A stretch of 64,000 nt of DNA, from positions 143,034,001 to 143,098,000 of the forward strand of contig OX597816.1 of NCBI GenBank assembly GCA_951406725.2, given 5' to 3'. Shown here piece after piece: positions 11,296 through 23,354 of this stretch. Below the pieces are notes generated by a model. That model was not told where the DNA came from and ran no database searches. It was given only the letters and a program-made list of their open reading frames with translations. A program made the position numbers and the translations under genes. This DNA comes from Octopus vulgaris. Its lineage: Eukaryota. The first letter of the stretch is position 1. Each line of letters begins with the position of its first letter.

Positions 11296-11916
11296 GTTAC
11301 TATAGTAACAACAGGGAACATGAGATATGTATCACTATGGTTACAGTCAAGATTATAAGAGGAGTGAAAGGATATCCAAAGTAATATGGGCAGTAATCCA
11401 ATAGATTCAGAGTTGGAAGGTTGATCCTGAAGAAGTCCATGTAACCATCAAATATATTACCTAAACACAATACTCATTAAAAAGTTAAACACAAAAAAGG
11501 GTCTTAACTTTTCAGATGTTAATCCTTCATCAGAAACATATAGGGAGTGAGAAAGAAAAAAATAAATGACAAGCAAAGAGTTAGAAATCAGTTGGGAAGT
11601 TAATACCATATTGTCAAACTCTGTTCCTCCATTGATATCCTTTTTAATGTGTTTAAGAGTTTACAACTATATAAGAGAGGTGTTACTATAGCAACTGTAA
11701 GTAAAGGACACATGAAGAGTGACATTATAGTTACAGTATTGGATAATAAGGAGTATTACTGTGGTAACTATAAGTAGAGAACTAAGGGGAGTGTTGTTAT
11801 AGCGACAGTAGAGGGCATAAGTGGTGTGTTACCATGGTATTTATCAGCATAGTTGCAGTTGACGAAATGAGAGAAATGTAGCTATGGTAACTTAATGGAA
11901 ATGTGGCTGTAGTTAC
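11296..11916. repeat. Decayed ~35-bp minisatellite whose units carry a 14-bp palindrome (RFX X-box-like)
   Basis: GTTACTATAGTAAC 11296, ATCACTATGGTTAC 11331, GTTACTATAGCAAC 11682, GACATTATAGTTAC 11721, ATTACTGTGGTAAC 11755, GTTGTTATAGCGAC 11793, GTTACCATGGTATT 11828, GTAGCTATGGTAAC 11878, GTGGCTGTAGTTAC 11903. Confidence 0.7.
11501..11537 (-). ncRNA. Degenerate minimal type I hammerhead ribozyme motif (Penelope-like pLTR remnant)
   Basis: Minus strand GTTT-CTGATGA-A-GGAT TAAC ATCT-GAAA-AGTTA-AGAC: core boxes, a 4-bp stem II and stem I GTTT/AGAC. Confidence 0.5.
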
Positions 11917-12030
11917 AGTTGAAAACAAAGTGGATATATATTACATTTTATAGAACTAATTTAAGAAATGTGAGCATGGTTAGCAAGAAATCTTTGGTCA
12001 TTCAAAAATAGGTATTCATGGATTTATCTC

Positions 12031-12084
12031 AAGAAAATAACAATCCATTTAATCAGCCAAGAAAATAACAATCCATTTAATCAG
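12031..12084. repeat. Short tandem duplication (26-bp unit, 28-bp period)
   Basis: AAGAAAATAACAATCCATTTAATCAG twice. Confidence 0.9.
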
Positions 12085-12485
12085 TCTCATCAGCCAGTTT
12101 TTTTAAAATTTCAACAAAGTTGCAAATATAGAAATAGAAACAAAAAATTCTGACTAAATTGAAAGGAAAATGAAACAAGTTTTAGTTATCTATAATAACT
12201 TGAGGAAGTGAAACTTTTTATCTGCTTAAAATGGAATCTTTCAGCAGATAAACATGAAGTTTTGATGCTTATAATATAAAATAATATTATTAACAAGACA
12301 AAATATTTTTGAAAAAAAAAAACAACCTAAAAACAAAACCTGAAAATTTATTGTAAAGAATGTTCTGGAAATCTTAAATTAATTTTCTTCTATAAGACTG
12401 GCTTAATTGTACATATGAGATGTTAAGACAAGGTCACACTAACACATACACCCCTGTATGCACAAATGTACATACATACATAAAA

Positions 12486-12637
12486 CAGGCTTCTTTCAGT
12501 TTCCATTGATCAAATATACTCACAAGGCTTTGATCAACATGGCACTATAGTAGAATACACTGGTCCAAGATTCCATGCAGTGGAACTGAACATGAAACCA
12601 TGTAGTAGGGCAGCAAACTTCCAAATCACACAGCCAT
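12486..12637 (-). mobile_element. SINE family A head fragment
   Basis: CAGGCTTCTTTCAGTTTCC...CACAAGGCTTTG...CACACAGCCA. Confidence 0.75.
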
Positions 12638-13179
12638 GATTCTGTGTGCGTGCATGTGTGTGTGTGTGTGTGTATGTATAGACACCTATGTGTGATTGAG
12701 AGTGTATTCCCTTCTCTTAATATATACACACTGATTGTAAACAAAACGTCACCGTATATAGAAACAGTGTTGCTTATATGCACTTCTCCGTGAAAATACA
12801 TCTGAGTTGTTCGCAGTTTAATATACTGGTGGAATTATTAACTCACTTGGAAATAGTTGAGGGCACCTGGCTATAAAAAATTCTGTCTCAATGAAGACTC
12901 ATTTGACCTGTGAAGGCCTGGAAAAATAAACATTAATACAATGATGATGATGATGATGGTGATGATGATAAAGGTGGTGGGGGGCAGTGGCGGCAGCAGC
13001 AGCAGTGGTGATGGTGATGGTGGCTGTGGTGGAAGTGGAGGTGGTGATAATGATAATAACAATATACCCTAATGTTTGTATATTTATTATTGTCCTTGTG
13101 GCTAATAATGAAAGACTTATTCCTCTTTACTAATCGCTATGAGTTTTGCTGTTAATTGCAATGGTTTGATTTATACAGT

Positions 13180-13392
13180 CATAATCATCATCGCCATTTT
13201 CATAGATATGATCTTTCCATCCCCACCACCACCACCACTGCCATCACCATCATCATCACCACTATCATCATCACCACTATCATCATCATCATCATCATCA
13301 ATATTAGAAGCGAAAATATTATCATGATTGCCATCACCATTATCATTCTTAACAAAACTCCTATCATCAACTTTATCATTCACTGAAATCAT

Positions 13393-13434
<42 letters not shown>

Positions 13435-13486
13435 AGCTGTCTTGTCCTCATATCTATGAAAACATTTTTCAACAATATATCATATT

Positions 13487-13530
<44 letters not shown>
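13180..13530. repeat. (CAT)n/(CAC)n and (TA)n microsatellites
   Basis: Visible trinucleotide and dinucleotide runs; source of the poly-M, poly-D and poly-I ORFs. Confidence 0.95.
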
Positions 13531-13534
<4 letters not shown>

Positions 13535-14286
13535 TCCACCTACCCCATCCATAATATGTTTGAAGTTGCTGAAAGTGGAGGAAGGAGAGGCGAACAAAAT
13601 AAGAAAGAAAAAAATTGAATAAAACATATCAAGATCAAAAGTGTAAACTCAACATCATTTCTAATTTAAAAATGAAGAATTAAACCTAGTTCCATTCATG
13701 ATGTATACTTATTATTGTTGTTGTCATTTTTATTGTTATTATTTTCTTATTTATATATTTAATTATTTAATTTTCTTTTTTTTTTGTTGTTGTTCAATGT
13801 CTACAAAGTTTGATGGTGGCTGAGTACTGAAAAAAAGGAGAACATTCACACACACAATCACGCATGCATGCACATTGACATTCATACACACCTATACATG
13901 CATGCACATCCATAATTGTGTACACACATACACACACAAGCACAAGCACACAGAAAGAACCCCACAGAAACCAGAGACAGACAGACAGAAAAACCCAAAA
14001 CTGCAATGAGTTCTGAATCATCATCCAATGAAAAAAAAAAAGAAAGTAGACAAAAATCTTGAATCAATATTTCTCTAAATAATATTGCATCTTCAGTAAT
14101 AAATGGTTTCACTTAATCTGTACTATTAGATTTCTTTCACTGATTTATGGCCATGATTATCCAAATGGCTATATACGAAGGACACTGATGCCCTCTCTAG
14201 TTCACTTATAAAATCAATAAATTCTTTCTGTTTGTTTTTAAATTTTTTGTCACACAATTTTTGTTATTTTATTATGTTATATTTAT

Positions 14287-14328
<42 letters not shown>

Positions 14329-14512
14329 AATATATATTTATGCCTATTACATACATGTCTTATATTTACAAATCAAGTATGCTAATATATATATTTACAA
14401 ATATGCTACAAATATATAAATTTATTGATATATATATATATATATATATAATATTTACAAAAATTCTACAAATATTATATATATGTACATGTATGTATTT
14501 TTTTTGTATATA

Positions 14513-14554
<42 letters not shown>

Positions 14555-14695
14555 TATGCACACACACACACACACATATACATATATATATGCTTGTTTT
14601 TATGTTAAGTTATAATAGAAACAATTTTACATTAAATTGAAGGATTACTCAATACTTTTTGTGGGGTATATATTTATTCTTTTACAAGAATAGCG

Positions 14696-14754
14696 TTGAT
14701 ATTGACACAGTCCAATGAAGGTTACCAGGCCTAAAACTTCAAAGTCACTATCAA
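14696..14754 (+). ncRNA. Decayed hammerhead-like motif in a probable Penelope-like pLTR
   Basis: AGT-CCAATGA-AGG TTACCAGG CCT-AAAAC TTCAAA GTC-ACT, enclosed by TTGATA/TATCAA; core has substitutions relative to CUGAUGA/GAAA. Confidence 0.4.
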
Positions 14755-14814
14755 TACTATTCTTATTGAAGAATTATATATAAAATATTCACAAGTATGC
14801 TTTTATGCTATATA

Positions 14815-15560
14815 TCATCATCATCATCATCATTTAGCATCCATTTTCCATACTGGCATGGATTAGATGGTTTGACCAGGTTCCAGTCTGATTTAACTTG
14901 GTTTCTACAGCTTGATGCCCTTCCTAATGCTATCCACTCTAAGAGTGTAATGGGTACCTCTTACATGTCACCAGCATGGATGCCTCTCATATGTCACTGG
15001 CACAGGTGCCTTTTACATGTCACCGGCATGGGTGCCTTTTACAAGTCCAGGCACAGGCCACAACTACAAGTCTCCTCAAGTACAGAAAATCACCAAAGGT
15101 CTTCATCACTTGTCATCGCCTCCGCAAGACCCAATATTCATAGATCATTCTTCACTACCTGATCCAACGTTTTCTTGGGCCTACCTTTTCCACAGGTTCC
15201 CTCCATAGTTAGAGATTGGCTCTTCTTTGCACAGCTGTCCTCATCGATATGCATCACATGACCATACCAATGCAGTCTTCTCTCTTGAACACCACATCTG
15301 ATGCCTCCTGCCTAATTTTTCTCTCAAGACCCTTACACTCTGTTGTACATGCACACTGACATTGCACATCCAGCAAAGCATACTAGCTTCATTTCCTTCA
15401 AGCCTTCACGTGTCCTCTACTGTCACAGTGACTGCAAAGGATATGTGTAGCATGGTTGTTCATACACAAACATCATACAATCTACCCTTCACTCTGAGAG
15501 AGAGGATCTTTGTTACCAACAAAGGTAGAATATCTCTGAACTTTGCTCAACCATTATCTT
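14815..15560 (-). mobile_element. RTE LINE 3' fragment (ORF2 C-terminus plus 3' UTR, (ATG)n tail)
   Basis: Minus strand encodes decayed ...RLHWYGHVMHIDEDSCAKKSQSLTMEGTCGKGRPKKTLDQVVKNDL; homologous to 48500-48750. Confidence 0.85.
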
Positions 15561-15639
15561 ATTCTAGCAGCCATTTTGTGTGCGTGTGTGCACACGCATG
15601 TGTGCGTGTGTGCACATGCATGTGTGCGTGTGTGTGTGT

Positions 15640-15880
15640 ACCCTTGTCAAGACATCTTGTGATAGTTGTAAATGAGCCTCATCATCATACAGGTGAAATT
15701 GTTTGCTTCCAGTCCCCTGTGAAAAATGTGTCTGGCCATGGAAAATGTTACCTTACTTGGAAACAGGGAAGGGGTGTTGATAGGAAAGGCATCTAGCCAC
15801 AGAACACTGCTTCAACAAATTTTGTTTGGCTCATGCAAACATGGAAAGGTGGATTTTAAATGTTGATGTTGATAATGATA
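15640..15880 (+). mobile_element. SINE A-variant 3' body with RTE-type tail
   Basis: Homologous to 7480-7705. Confidence 0.7.
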
Positions 15881-16289
15881 TACAAAAATTCAAAGGTCAA
15901 GGAGACCAGAAATTCAAAGAGGATTCTATACAAGTTAAATATATTTGTAGAGTAAAATAGTTTTCTTACAGATTTTATATTTAGCGAAGAAGCTTCTCTC
16001 TTGCTTGTCCATAGCACCTCTGAAAAATTGTTTTCTGATTCAGAATATGTTCTGTTTCAGATAAACACAGTTCCTCATTTATGTTTTTGATGGAGTAATT
16101 TGCACAAAAAAATTACATAAAATCAATTTTATGTAAGCATTTTATACTTGTCACTAAAATACATGTAAAGCTGTTTAAATAGAAAATTTTAATTTTCTTC
16201 TAGTTTCTCTGTACTCTATGATTAGTACAGCCTGCAAATCAGTAACATGGAATTATCCATGTAATGACACAAATTTTCTTCTGCGTGTG

Positions 16290-17750
16290 TGTATATGAGA
16301 GAGAAACTGAATGACTGTATTTCCTCATAACATATAGAAAAATGGATGTCTTTTAAGACACACACACATATAGAAAATGTGTCGCCATCGTTGTCATGGT
16401 ATAAAACATCATTTAGGGTAGTTGAATTATAGAAAGTTTATAATGCTAAATTTTTGTAATGCAAATATGTAAATGAAAATAAAGTTTATTTGTTAGCTGA
16501 AAGATTACTGATACCACATATATCAAAATCAGCAACTCAGTATTTGAATGTATTCATTAATTTCCATAAAAATTTTTATATTTCTTTATGCTTTAAAGAG
16601 AGCAAAAAATGAAAGAGAAGAGAAAGTAAAATTGTGACATTTACTTTGAAGTGAGAGCAGAAAGTGAAGGATGTATGTACATGTATATGAAATGTGTGTG
16701 TGTAAGAGAGAGAGAGAGTGTGAGTGAGTGAGTGAGTGAGTGAAGGTGAGTGTTGTCCTGTATGTGTAAGTGGCACTCATTTGGTCTTTCTCTCTGTCTC
16801 ACACACACACATCTTTCATATACACATACATTAATACATATGCACATCTTTTTTGTATATATGTGTGCATGTGCATGTGCATGTGAGAATGAGAATGACT
16901 GTATTTTGTCATAACATATAGAGAAATAGATGTCTTTTAAGGTACACACTCATATAGAAAATGTGACATCATTGTCATTGTTGCTATGGTATAAAATGTT
17001 TATGATAGTTGACTTATAGAAAAGATTATAATGGAAGTTGCTCAAGGTAGTTGAAAATTTCAAATACCTTGGTGTGTGGACACAAAGTATTAAAAAAAGA
17101 CATCGTAGCAAGGAAAGCTCTTGCCTGGAGTGCATGCCATAAATTGAGAAAGGTATGGAGTTCAAAGTTAGCAAGGAAATTGAAAGTGAGATTGTTTCTG
17201 GCAATAATGGAGTCTGTTTTTCTATACAGGGCTGAAACTTGGATGCTTACTAAAGCATTGAAGAAGCAGTTGGACGGTTCTTATACGAGGATGCTTAGAA
17301 TGGCACTCAATGTCTCCTCGAAGAGTCATACAACAAATGCCAACTTATACCAGGGACTACTAATAGTAACATTGAAAATACAGCATAGAAGGATGAAGCT
17401 AGTTGGACACTGCATCAGACAAACCAATGAAATTGCTAACAAGCTAGTGCTCTGGCATCCAACGAAAGGAAGAACCAGGAGAGGAAGGAGGAAGACGGCC
17501 TATATCAACAATTTGCTGGTAAGGAAGGGGTACAGGAGCTGAGGACCATTATGGAAGATCGAGATGAATGGGGAACACTTGTGGAAATAGTCTTGGAGCA
17601 TCCTCAGGGATGACTTAGATAGATAGATAAAAGGTAGAATTTTTGTAATACAAATATGTAAATGAAAATAAAGTTTATTTGATACTCGTAAGATTACTGA
17701 ATCTTTTGATACCCCATATGTCAAAATTGGTAACTCAGTTTTCAAATGCA
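16290..17750. repeat. ~260-bp tandem duplication; copy 2 (16880-17750) split by a LINE
   Basis: ATGACTGTAT...CATATAGAAAATGTG...TTATAGAAA and AATTTTTGTAAT.CAAATATGTAAATGAAAATAAAGTTTATTTG are present in both copies. Confidence 0.85.
17035..17628 (+). mobile_element. 5'-truncated RTE LINE, second family, (TAGA)n tail
   Basis: ORF 17051-17542 (KVRLFLAIMESVFLYRAETW..RMLR..RRMKLVGHCIR..GRTRRGRRK) plus upstream VENFKYLG; ends GACTTAGATAGATAGAT. Confidence 0.9.
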
Positions 17751-18059
17751 TAAGGAAGATACGCATGCACACACATACACACACACATATACACACACAT
17801 ACAAACACACACATACATACACACACATACAAACTCTCTTATATATATGGAAGTGTCCCTATCTGTCTGTCTCTCACATTCCCTGTGTGTCTATCTCTTC
17901 CTGTCTCCTCTCCTTCCCTGATATCAGCCACCTTCATTATACCACATTTCTCTGAACCTAACACTTTTGCACCCCTCTCATTTTATCATGTAATAGTTCA
18001 ACCCCCGTAATTGGTCCATTATCGGTTTTTATTGAAATCCAATTAGCCTATAATTGAAC

Positions 18060-18173
18060 TGGATGTTAGTTCAACATGTATAGAAAGTTTGGTGAAGATT
18101 GGTTCCTTGGTTTGGGCAGCAAGATAGTAACAGACAGATGGACGGACAGACAGAAATTCCCATTTATATATGA
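18060..18173 (-). mobile_element. Probable 5' end of a non-autonomous Helitron-like element
   Basis: Minus strand A|TCATATATAAATGGG, a (CTGT)n tract and AAAGTTTGGTGAAGATTGG, typical of Helitron-type repeats; 3' end not found. Confidence 0.4.
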
Positions 18174-18189
18174 TACACACACACATACA

Positions 18190-18390
18190 TTGGTTCCTAT
18201 GAAGACCTTATCACAACAGTGAAGAAAAGAAAGTTGAAATGGTATGGCCATTTGTAAAGACCATTCACAAGGTACTGTAGAAGGGGTTAGAGGAAGTGGA
18301 CAGAGGAAAAGATACACTGGGAACATCAAGGAATGCACAGGTAAATCACAAGTGGAAACTCATAGTTCATACCATGCTCATACGCAGCAT
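18190..18390 (+). mobile_element. RTE LINE 3' fragment
   Basis: EDLITTVKKRKLKWYGH..QGTVEGVRGSGQRKRYTGNIKECTG; homologous to 19990-20435. Confidence 0.8.
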
Positions 18391-18404
18391 CTGTGTGTGT
18401 GCGT

Positions 18405-18457
<53 letters not shown>

Positions 18458-19599
18458 GAGTTAATGCTAGATAATCTCATTGAAAAAATAAATAAACAAA
18501 TTCTGTTTGTTGTGAAAATTAAATATTTGTTTTCTTTCAAAATCGTTGCAACACAATAAATAACAACTGAAAGAAAATATCAGACATAAATCAGATAAAT
18601 ATTTTTACTACACAAATGAATAAAAAGAAAAGGAATTTAAAAAATAACAGCAATAAATAAACAGAAAGTCAAAAGTGAGAAAGATAAAAAGATTGGGAGA
18701 ACTAAGAAGGAAGGAGGATTGTTAGCAAGTTGAAATGTTTCCATAAGTATATTCTGGAAATTATTTTGGCTGCATTTTGAGTACTTTGAGACAGTGGAGC
18801 ATGATGTCTTTTGACATAGAGTTTAACAATAGAAACTGATTATAAGTTCAATGTTTGAGGAGATCCAGGACACATCATATCCATGATCATGACAATGAAA
18901 CCAATAACCAAATTGCAATCTAGCCCCAAATCACAATAAAATTTCCTGTGACATTTTCATTTTTAAAACCACACATTTTCTTTTTCTATTTTTTATAAGT
19001 GAGTAGAGAGGGAGAGCAATAATCTTTACAGGTGTCCCTCCCAACTGATGAGATTAATGTAACTGATGCCCAGCCTAAACAACTGCAGGTCAATCAATGT
19101 CTGTAGAAAAAATAAGAAAAAAACTTTAGCACATTTAATCATAAATCTGCCTGATCAAAGCTAACCTAAGGTCATAATCATTTGTCTTTCAATAAAATAT
19201 GTTTTCTTGTCAACTCACTTCTCTTTCATTCTGTCTTATTTATTCCATTTTTTATCTGTTCTTTTTTTTTTATCACAACTGGTAAATAATAGCATCATTA
19301 GTTACAGGTTTTCAATGAATACATCCTTGGTTCCTTACATTTCTGATGCAAAGTACAACAAAGAAGCATCTGTAATTTGGAATTTATTTGAAGAGCACAA
19401 ATTTTTCACTGATATGTATAAACACTAACAAAAGATAAAAGCGTGTTGCCATCTGTGTATCATACTAAACATATATATACCATTAGAAGGCATGAAGTTG
19501 TGAAATTGCCTGCGTTGTTAAAAACGCAACACACACACATGTATGTGTGTGTGTGTGTGTGTGTGTCTGTCTGTCTGTCTGTGTTTAAATCAGTGTAAA

Positions 19600-20435
19600 A
19601 ATTATGAAAAACTCATAACAAATGCCAACAGTGTCATTGTAGTAAACATTTTTGTCCAAGAACAGAGACTAGGATAGGACAGAAGCTCAAAATACTTGAG
19701 TGCAATCACCAATGATAAAGGTTTACTGCCCAAACTCTTTACTAGATCTGATGGAGACAATAACTGCACTAATCAAACTTAAGTCAATATGGAGAGATAA
19801 AAACATCACCATGAAGAACAACTTACTCCTGTGTGCACTAGAACTTTCCATCTTTCTCTGTGCATGCAAAACTGTAGTGATACCATGGAAAATACAGGCA
19901 CTGGAAATGTGATGCTATCACAATATCTTAGGTATCTCATACTCAGACTACATCACAGATGAGTAAGTCTATTAAACCATCCAGCATCACTCTGGTTCCC
20001 ATGAAGACCTTATCACAACAGTGAAGAAAGCTGTTCAAGAATTTGGACCTGGAGATCTCCATTTCCAGCAACTTTGAAGGGCCACCTCCCAGTGGTGTTG
20101 GGCTTCAACGAAGAGCCCTTGACTACAACAAGATGACCAAAGTTTTTTTTTTCCAAGGTCTGAGGTCTCCCGCCCCTAAGCCCTAGACCATCACCTAATC
20201 ACCCTTACCCGTCTTGTTGCTTAACAACAACAACAGTGAAGAAAAGAAAGTTGAGATGGTTTGAGCATATTACAAGATCCAATAGACTTGTAAAGATCAT
20301 TCACCAAGGTACTGTAGAAAGGATAAGAAGAGATGGACAGAGGAAAAGATATTCTGGGAATATCAAGGAAGGCACAGGTGAATAACAAGTGGAAACCAAA
20401 GCTCATATGCTCATACACATCATGCAGCATATCAT
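19600..20435 (+). mobile_element. RTE LINE 3' fragment, interrupted
   Basis: LKYL..TITALIKLKSIWRDKNI..LSIFLCAC..KIQALEM..ILGISY..EDLITTVKKRKLRWF. Confidence 0.85.
20030..20229 (+). mobile_element. Short non-LTR retroposon insertion with (CAA)n tail and 15-bp TSD
   Basis: TSD ACAACAGTGAAGAAA at 20015-20029 and 20230-20244; ends CTTAACAACA. Confidence 0.8.
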
Positions 20436-21119
20436 AACAGCGCTCTTATAACTCCATTAGAAGTTTAGGACTCAAACAAACAATGGTGAAAAAGTATATA
20501 AGTCTTGTTTGCTGGCAAATAAATTGATCTGAGAGGTTTTGAACTTTTAACTACATGAAGAAAGATTCCATTCACTTTACTGAAAAGGCTGAGTAGGTGT
20601 TGCTGAAAACATGAGAGGTTGTGTAAGAGACTTGGCATTAATGGATTCTAATGCATTTAGGAATGGCAGTGAAAGACTTCAATGTAACAAGTTTTGTTGA
20701 ATCTATTGATTGTCTTTATAATTAGTATCATTGGTTTGATAATAATGAATCTTCTAAATTCATTCATTGTTTTTGAAGATGTTGGTGCAATTAAATTTGC
20801 TAAATTTAGATTTGATGTTTTTTCAACAAATGTTAATACTATTGCTAAAGTAATACTCTTGGCTCATTTATCTTCATAAAACTGTTATAAAATAATCAGA
20901 AGACTATAGAAGTTAAAAATAAAATGTTAAGTTAGTTATTTGATGAGAAAGATTAAATTAATAAATGAAAAGTAGTCAATTAACCAATTCAATGTTCATA
21001 TGTTGTAATGGCTAAATATGTTAAGATGGAGAAAAAATATTTTAGTTTCCCTAAGCAAGGATATTGAACAAATATTACCATTAAGAAAAATGAATTGTTA
21101 CCTGATGCTTAAGAAAGTA

Positions 21120-22150
21120 CAATCTTGTGGTAATTTCTGCAGACTTTTCAATGGCATTTGACAGTGTAAACAGAGCAGTAATTCAAGATATTGAAGTTGC
21201 TGTAAAGTATCAAATTCCTTCATTCATTTATTCAGTCAATCAATCATTCATCATCATCTATCACTCTCTTCTTCATACATACATTTGCACCTTACATCTT
21301 CATAATTGCAATGGATTATGCTAGGTCTAGATTTCTATAAGATGAAGATGGATACAGTCAAGAGAATTTCTATCCAGTAGATTTTTTTTTTCTTTTTTCT
21401 GTAAAACACCTTGTAATAATAATCTTTGCAAATAGAGTTCCAATTTTAAATGATAATCCCCTTGGTTGTTCAAAAACGACTAATTAGTTTTGAAGCTCTT
21501 TCTGCAAAATTGGACTCAAAAATCAATGTATTAAAAACCAAAGTAATGTTTATTGACAATCAAAATCTCTTACATAGATCATCTCAGAAGCTCAATTTTC
21601 TATTGTCACACGTTTGTTATATTTATTTCTTTATTGCCCACAGAGGGCTAAACATAGAGGGGGCAAACAAGGACAGACAAAAGGATTAAGTCAATTACAT
21701 TGACCCTAGTGTGTAACTGGTACTTATTTAATTGACCCTGAAAGCATGAAAGGCAAAGTCAACCTTGGCAGAATTTGAACTCAGAACATAACAGCAGACG
21801 AAATACCACTAAGCATTTCGCCCGGCATGCAAACAATTCTGCCAGTTCACCACATTAAATTAGATATGATATGGCAGACAGAAGTCCTTTTAGACAAAAC
21901 ACCAAAAGGCATGGCTAGTGGTATGAAAACTTTATTTGGAGATGTTCAGTTGGTGACAGAAACAATATGGTATTTTTCAAAACTTTTCAAGCCTTGTATT
22001 GAAACAGTTCTAATCTATCACAGTAAAGTATAGAAAATAACAAACATTAGCTGAAGAGATTATTTTTCAAAGCTTGTATGGAGCTTGTTTTATTCTATAG
22101 TATTGAGGCATGAACAATAACAGAAAGGCTAGTAAAGGAGATAAATACTA
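21120..22150 (+). mobile_element. Highly decayed RTE-like LINE
   Basis: ISADFSMAFDSVNR (cf. FIDFSKAFDSV), KINVLKTKVM, KLFKPCIETVLIY. Confidence 0.6.
21625..21853 (-). mobile_element. SINE family B (tail 1)
   Basis: Reverse complement of 6171-6403. Confidence 0.9.
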
Positions 22151-22729
22151 GACATCATTTTTCTATAGAGAATAAATAATGAATGGTTATTTGTAAGAGT
22201 GAAGCAGTTCTCTGCTGAGAGAATTTTAATTTCAAAATGATTAATTCTGATTTGACATATTTTGATAAAACCAAATATACCACTGGTTATCCTTTTGAAT
22301 CACAAAAATAAAACTAAAACTTTACTATGTTGGAAAAGCTTTGTGAATGACATGTATTTCCCAATTTAATGAGGGTCTAACCAGTTGAAATATTACAGAG
22401 AATGGAGCTACTACCACTGTTATGAATAGAAACCAATAGTAAAAAAGGACTGGCAAGTGTTGAGTGCATAACATCTGTTAAATTGTGAACTGTTCCATAT
22501 GGAAACGGAAGGAGGTATCAAAAAAGAAAAGGGATTGACAGAGCTTTTGACTACACTCTTCCGAATCATCAAATTTTAAAAGGGAGCTATAATTCAGGTG
22601 TGTCAGGTGAATGAAGATTATAAAGAATATGAGTATTATGAGGTGTTCGGATGATGATGTGTTATTCAGGGTAGGGAATGTACTTCAGATATTACTAATA
22701 TATGTAAGCTCTTAGAATTGCTGTTTGGT

Positions 22730-23150
22730 CCTCATTTCACAGGCTATGATCAAAAGTGTTCGAGCTATGACTATTCTGGTTTATTTCCTTGGTATAGTGT
22801 ATATAACACTTCATTATCTAATATATCCTTCCACTTTAAGAAAGTAGGATATGAGTTAAAGGATATCAGACTGTTATTTCTTCGAAGCTGAACAACCTAA
22901 TAAAAGCAGCACCCACTTTATCTAATGCTGATAACCTTTGTAGCTTAGCAAAGATCAATGTTGGTTGATTATAAGTATTATGAAAGGCATTCCAGTCATG
23001 AATCTCAGTTTTTGAGGAGGGTCTCCCACCCTAATATCTAGGATTATATTTATTGTCCAGTGTATCTTTTCTTTTGGAGTCTAGTTTGGGAAATATTTGG
23101 GTGCTATTTCTGGCAGATAAAGCAATCACATAGAGACTCCTTTGTTGCCT
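22730..23150 (+). repeat. Two copies of an old interspersed repeat (family D)
   Basis: Motifs ATCAAAGGCATTCCAG..ATGAC / TATCTAGGA..ACATTATCCAATG / TGCTATTTCTAGCAG recur at ~410-560(-), 30855-31170, 43870-44080(-), 46720-46900, 47560-47710 and 58340-58560. Confidence 0.6.
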
Positions 23151-23354
23151 TCAAAGCTCATAATTTTTTTAATTGCGTTACTGGAATGAGGAACAGATTT
23201 GTTAATCAACCTGAATAGATTATTAAGAGAAGAAAAGTGATTGTCAAAATTATGTTAAAATAAATGAATTTCATGCACCCTCTAAGTGCTGTTGTTTTAG
23301 TCTTTGTTAGAAATAACTTGTTTTATTTTCTCTGAGAAATTCTATAAAGAGCAT

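Noticed and set aside
19030-19105. Minus-strand exon-like segment (TTTTTTCTACAG|TLIDLQLFRLG...) with a paralog at 39950-40030
   Set aside because: A third copy lies in the opposite orientation at ~2050-2110 and the 40-kb copy lacks the acceptor; it is an old interspersed repeat
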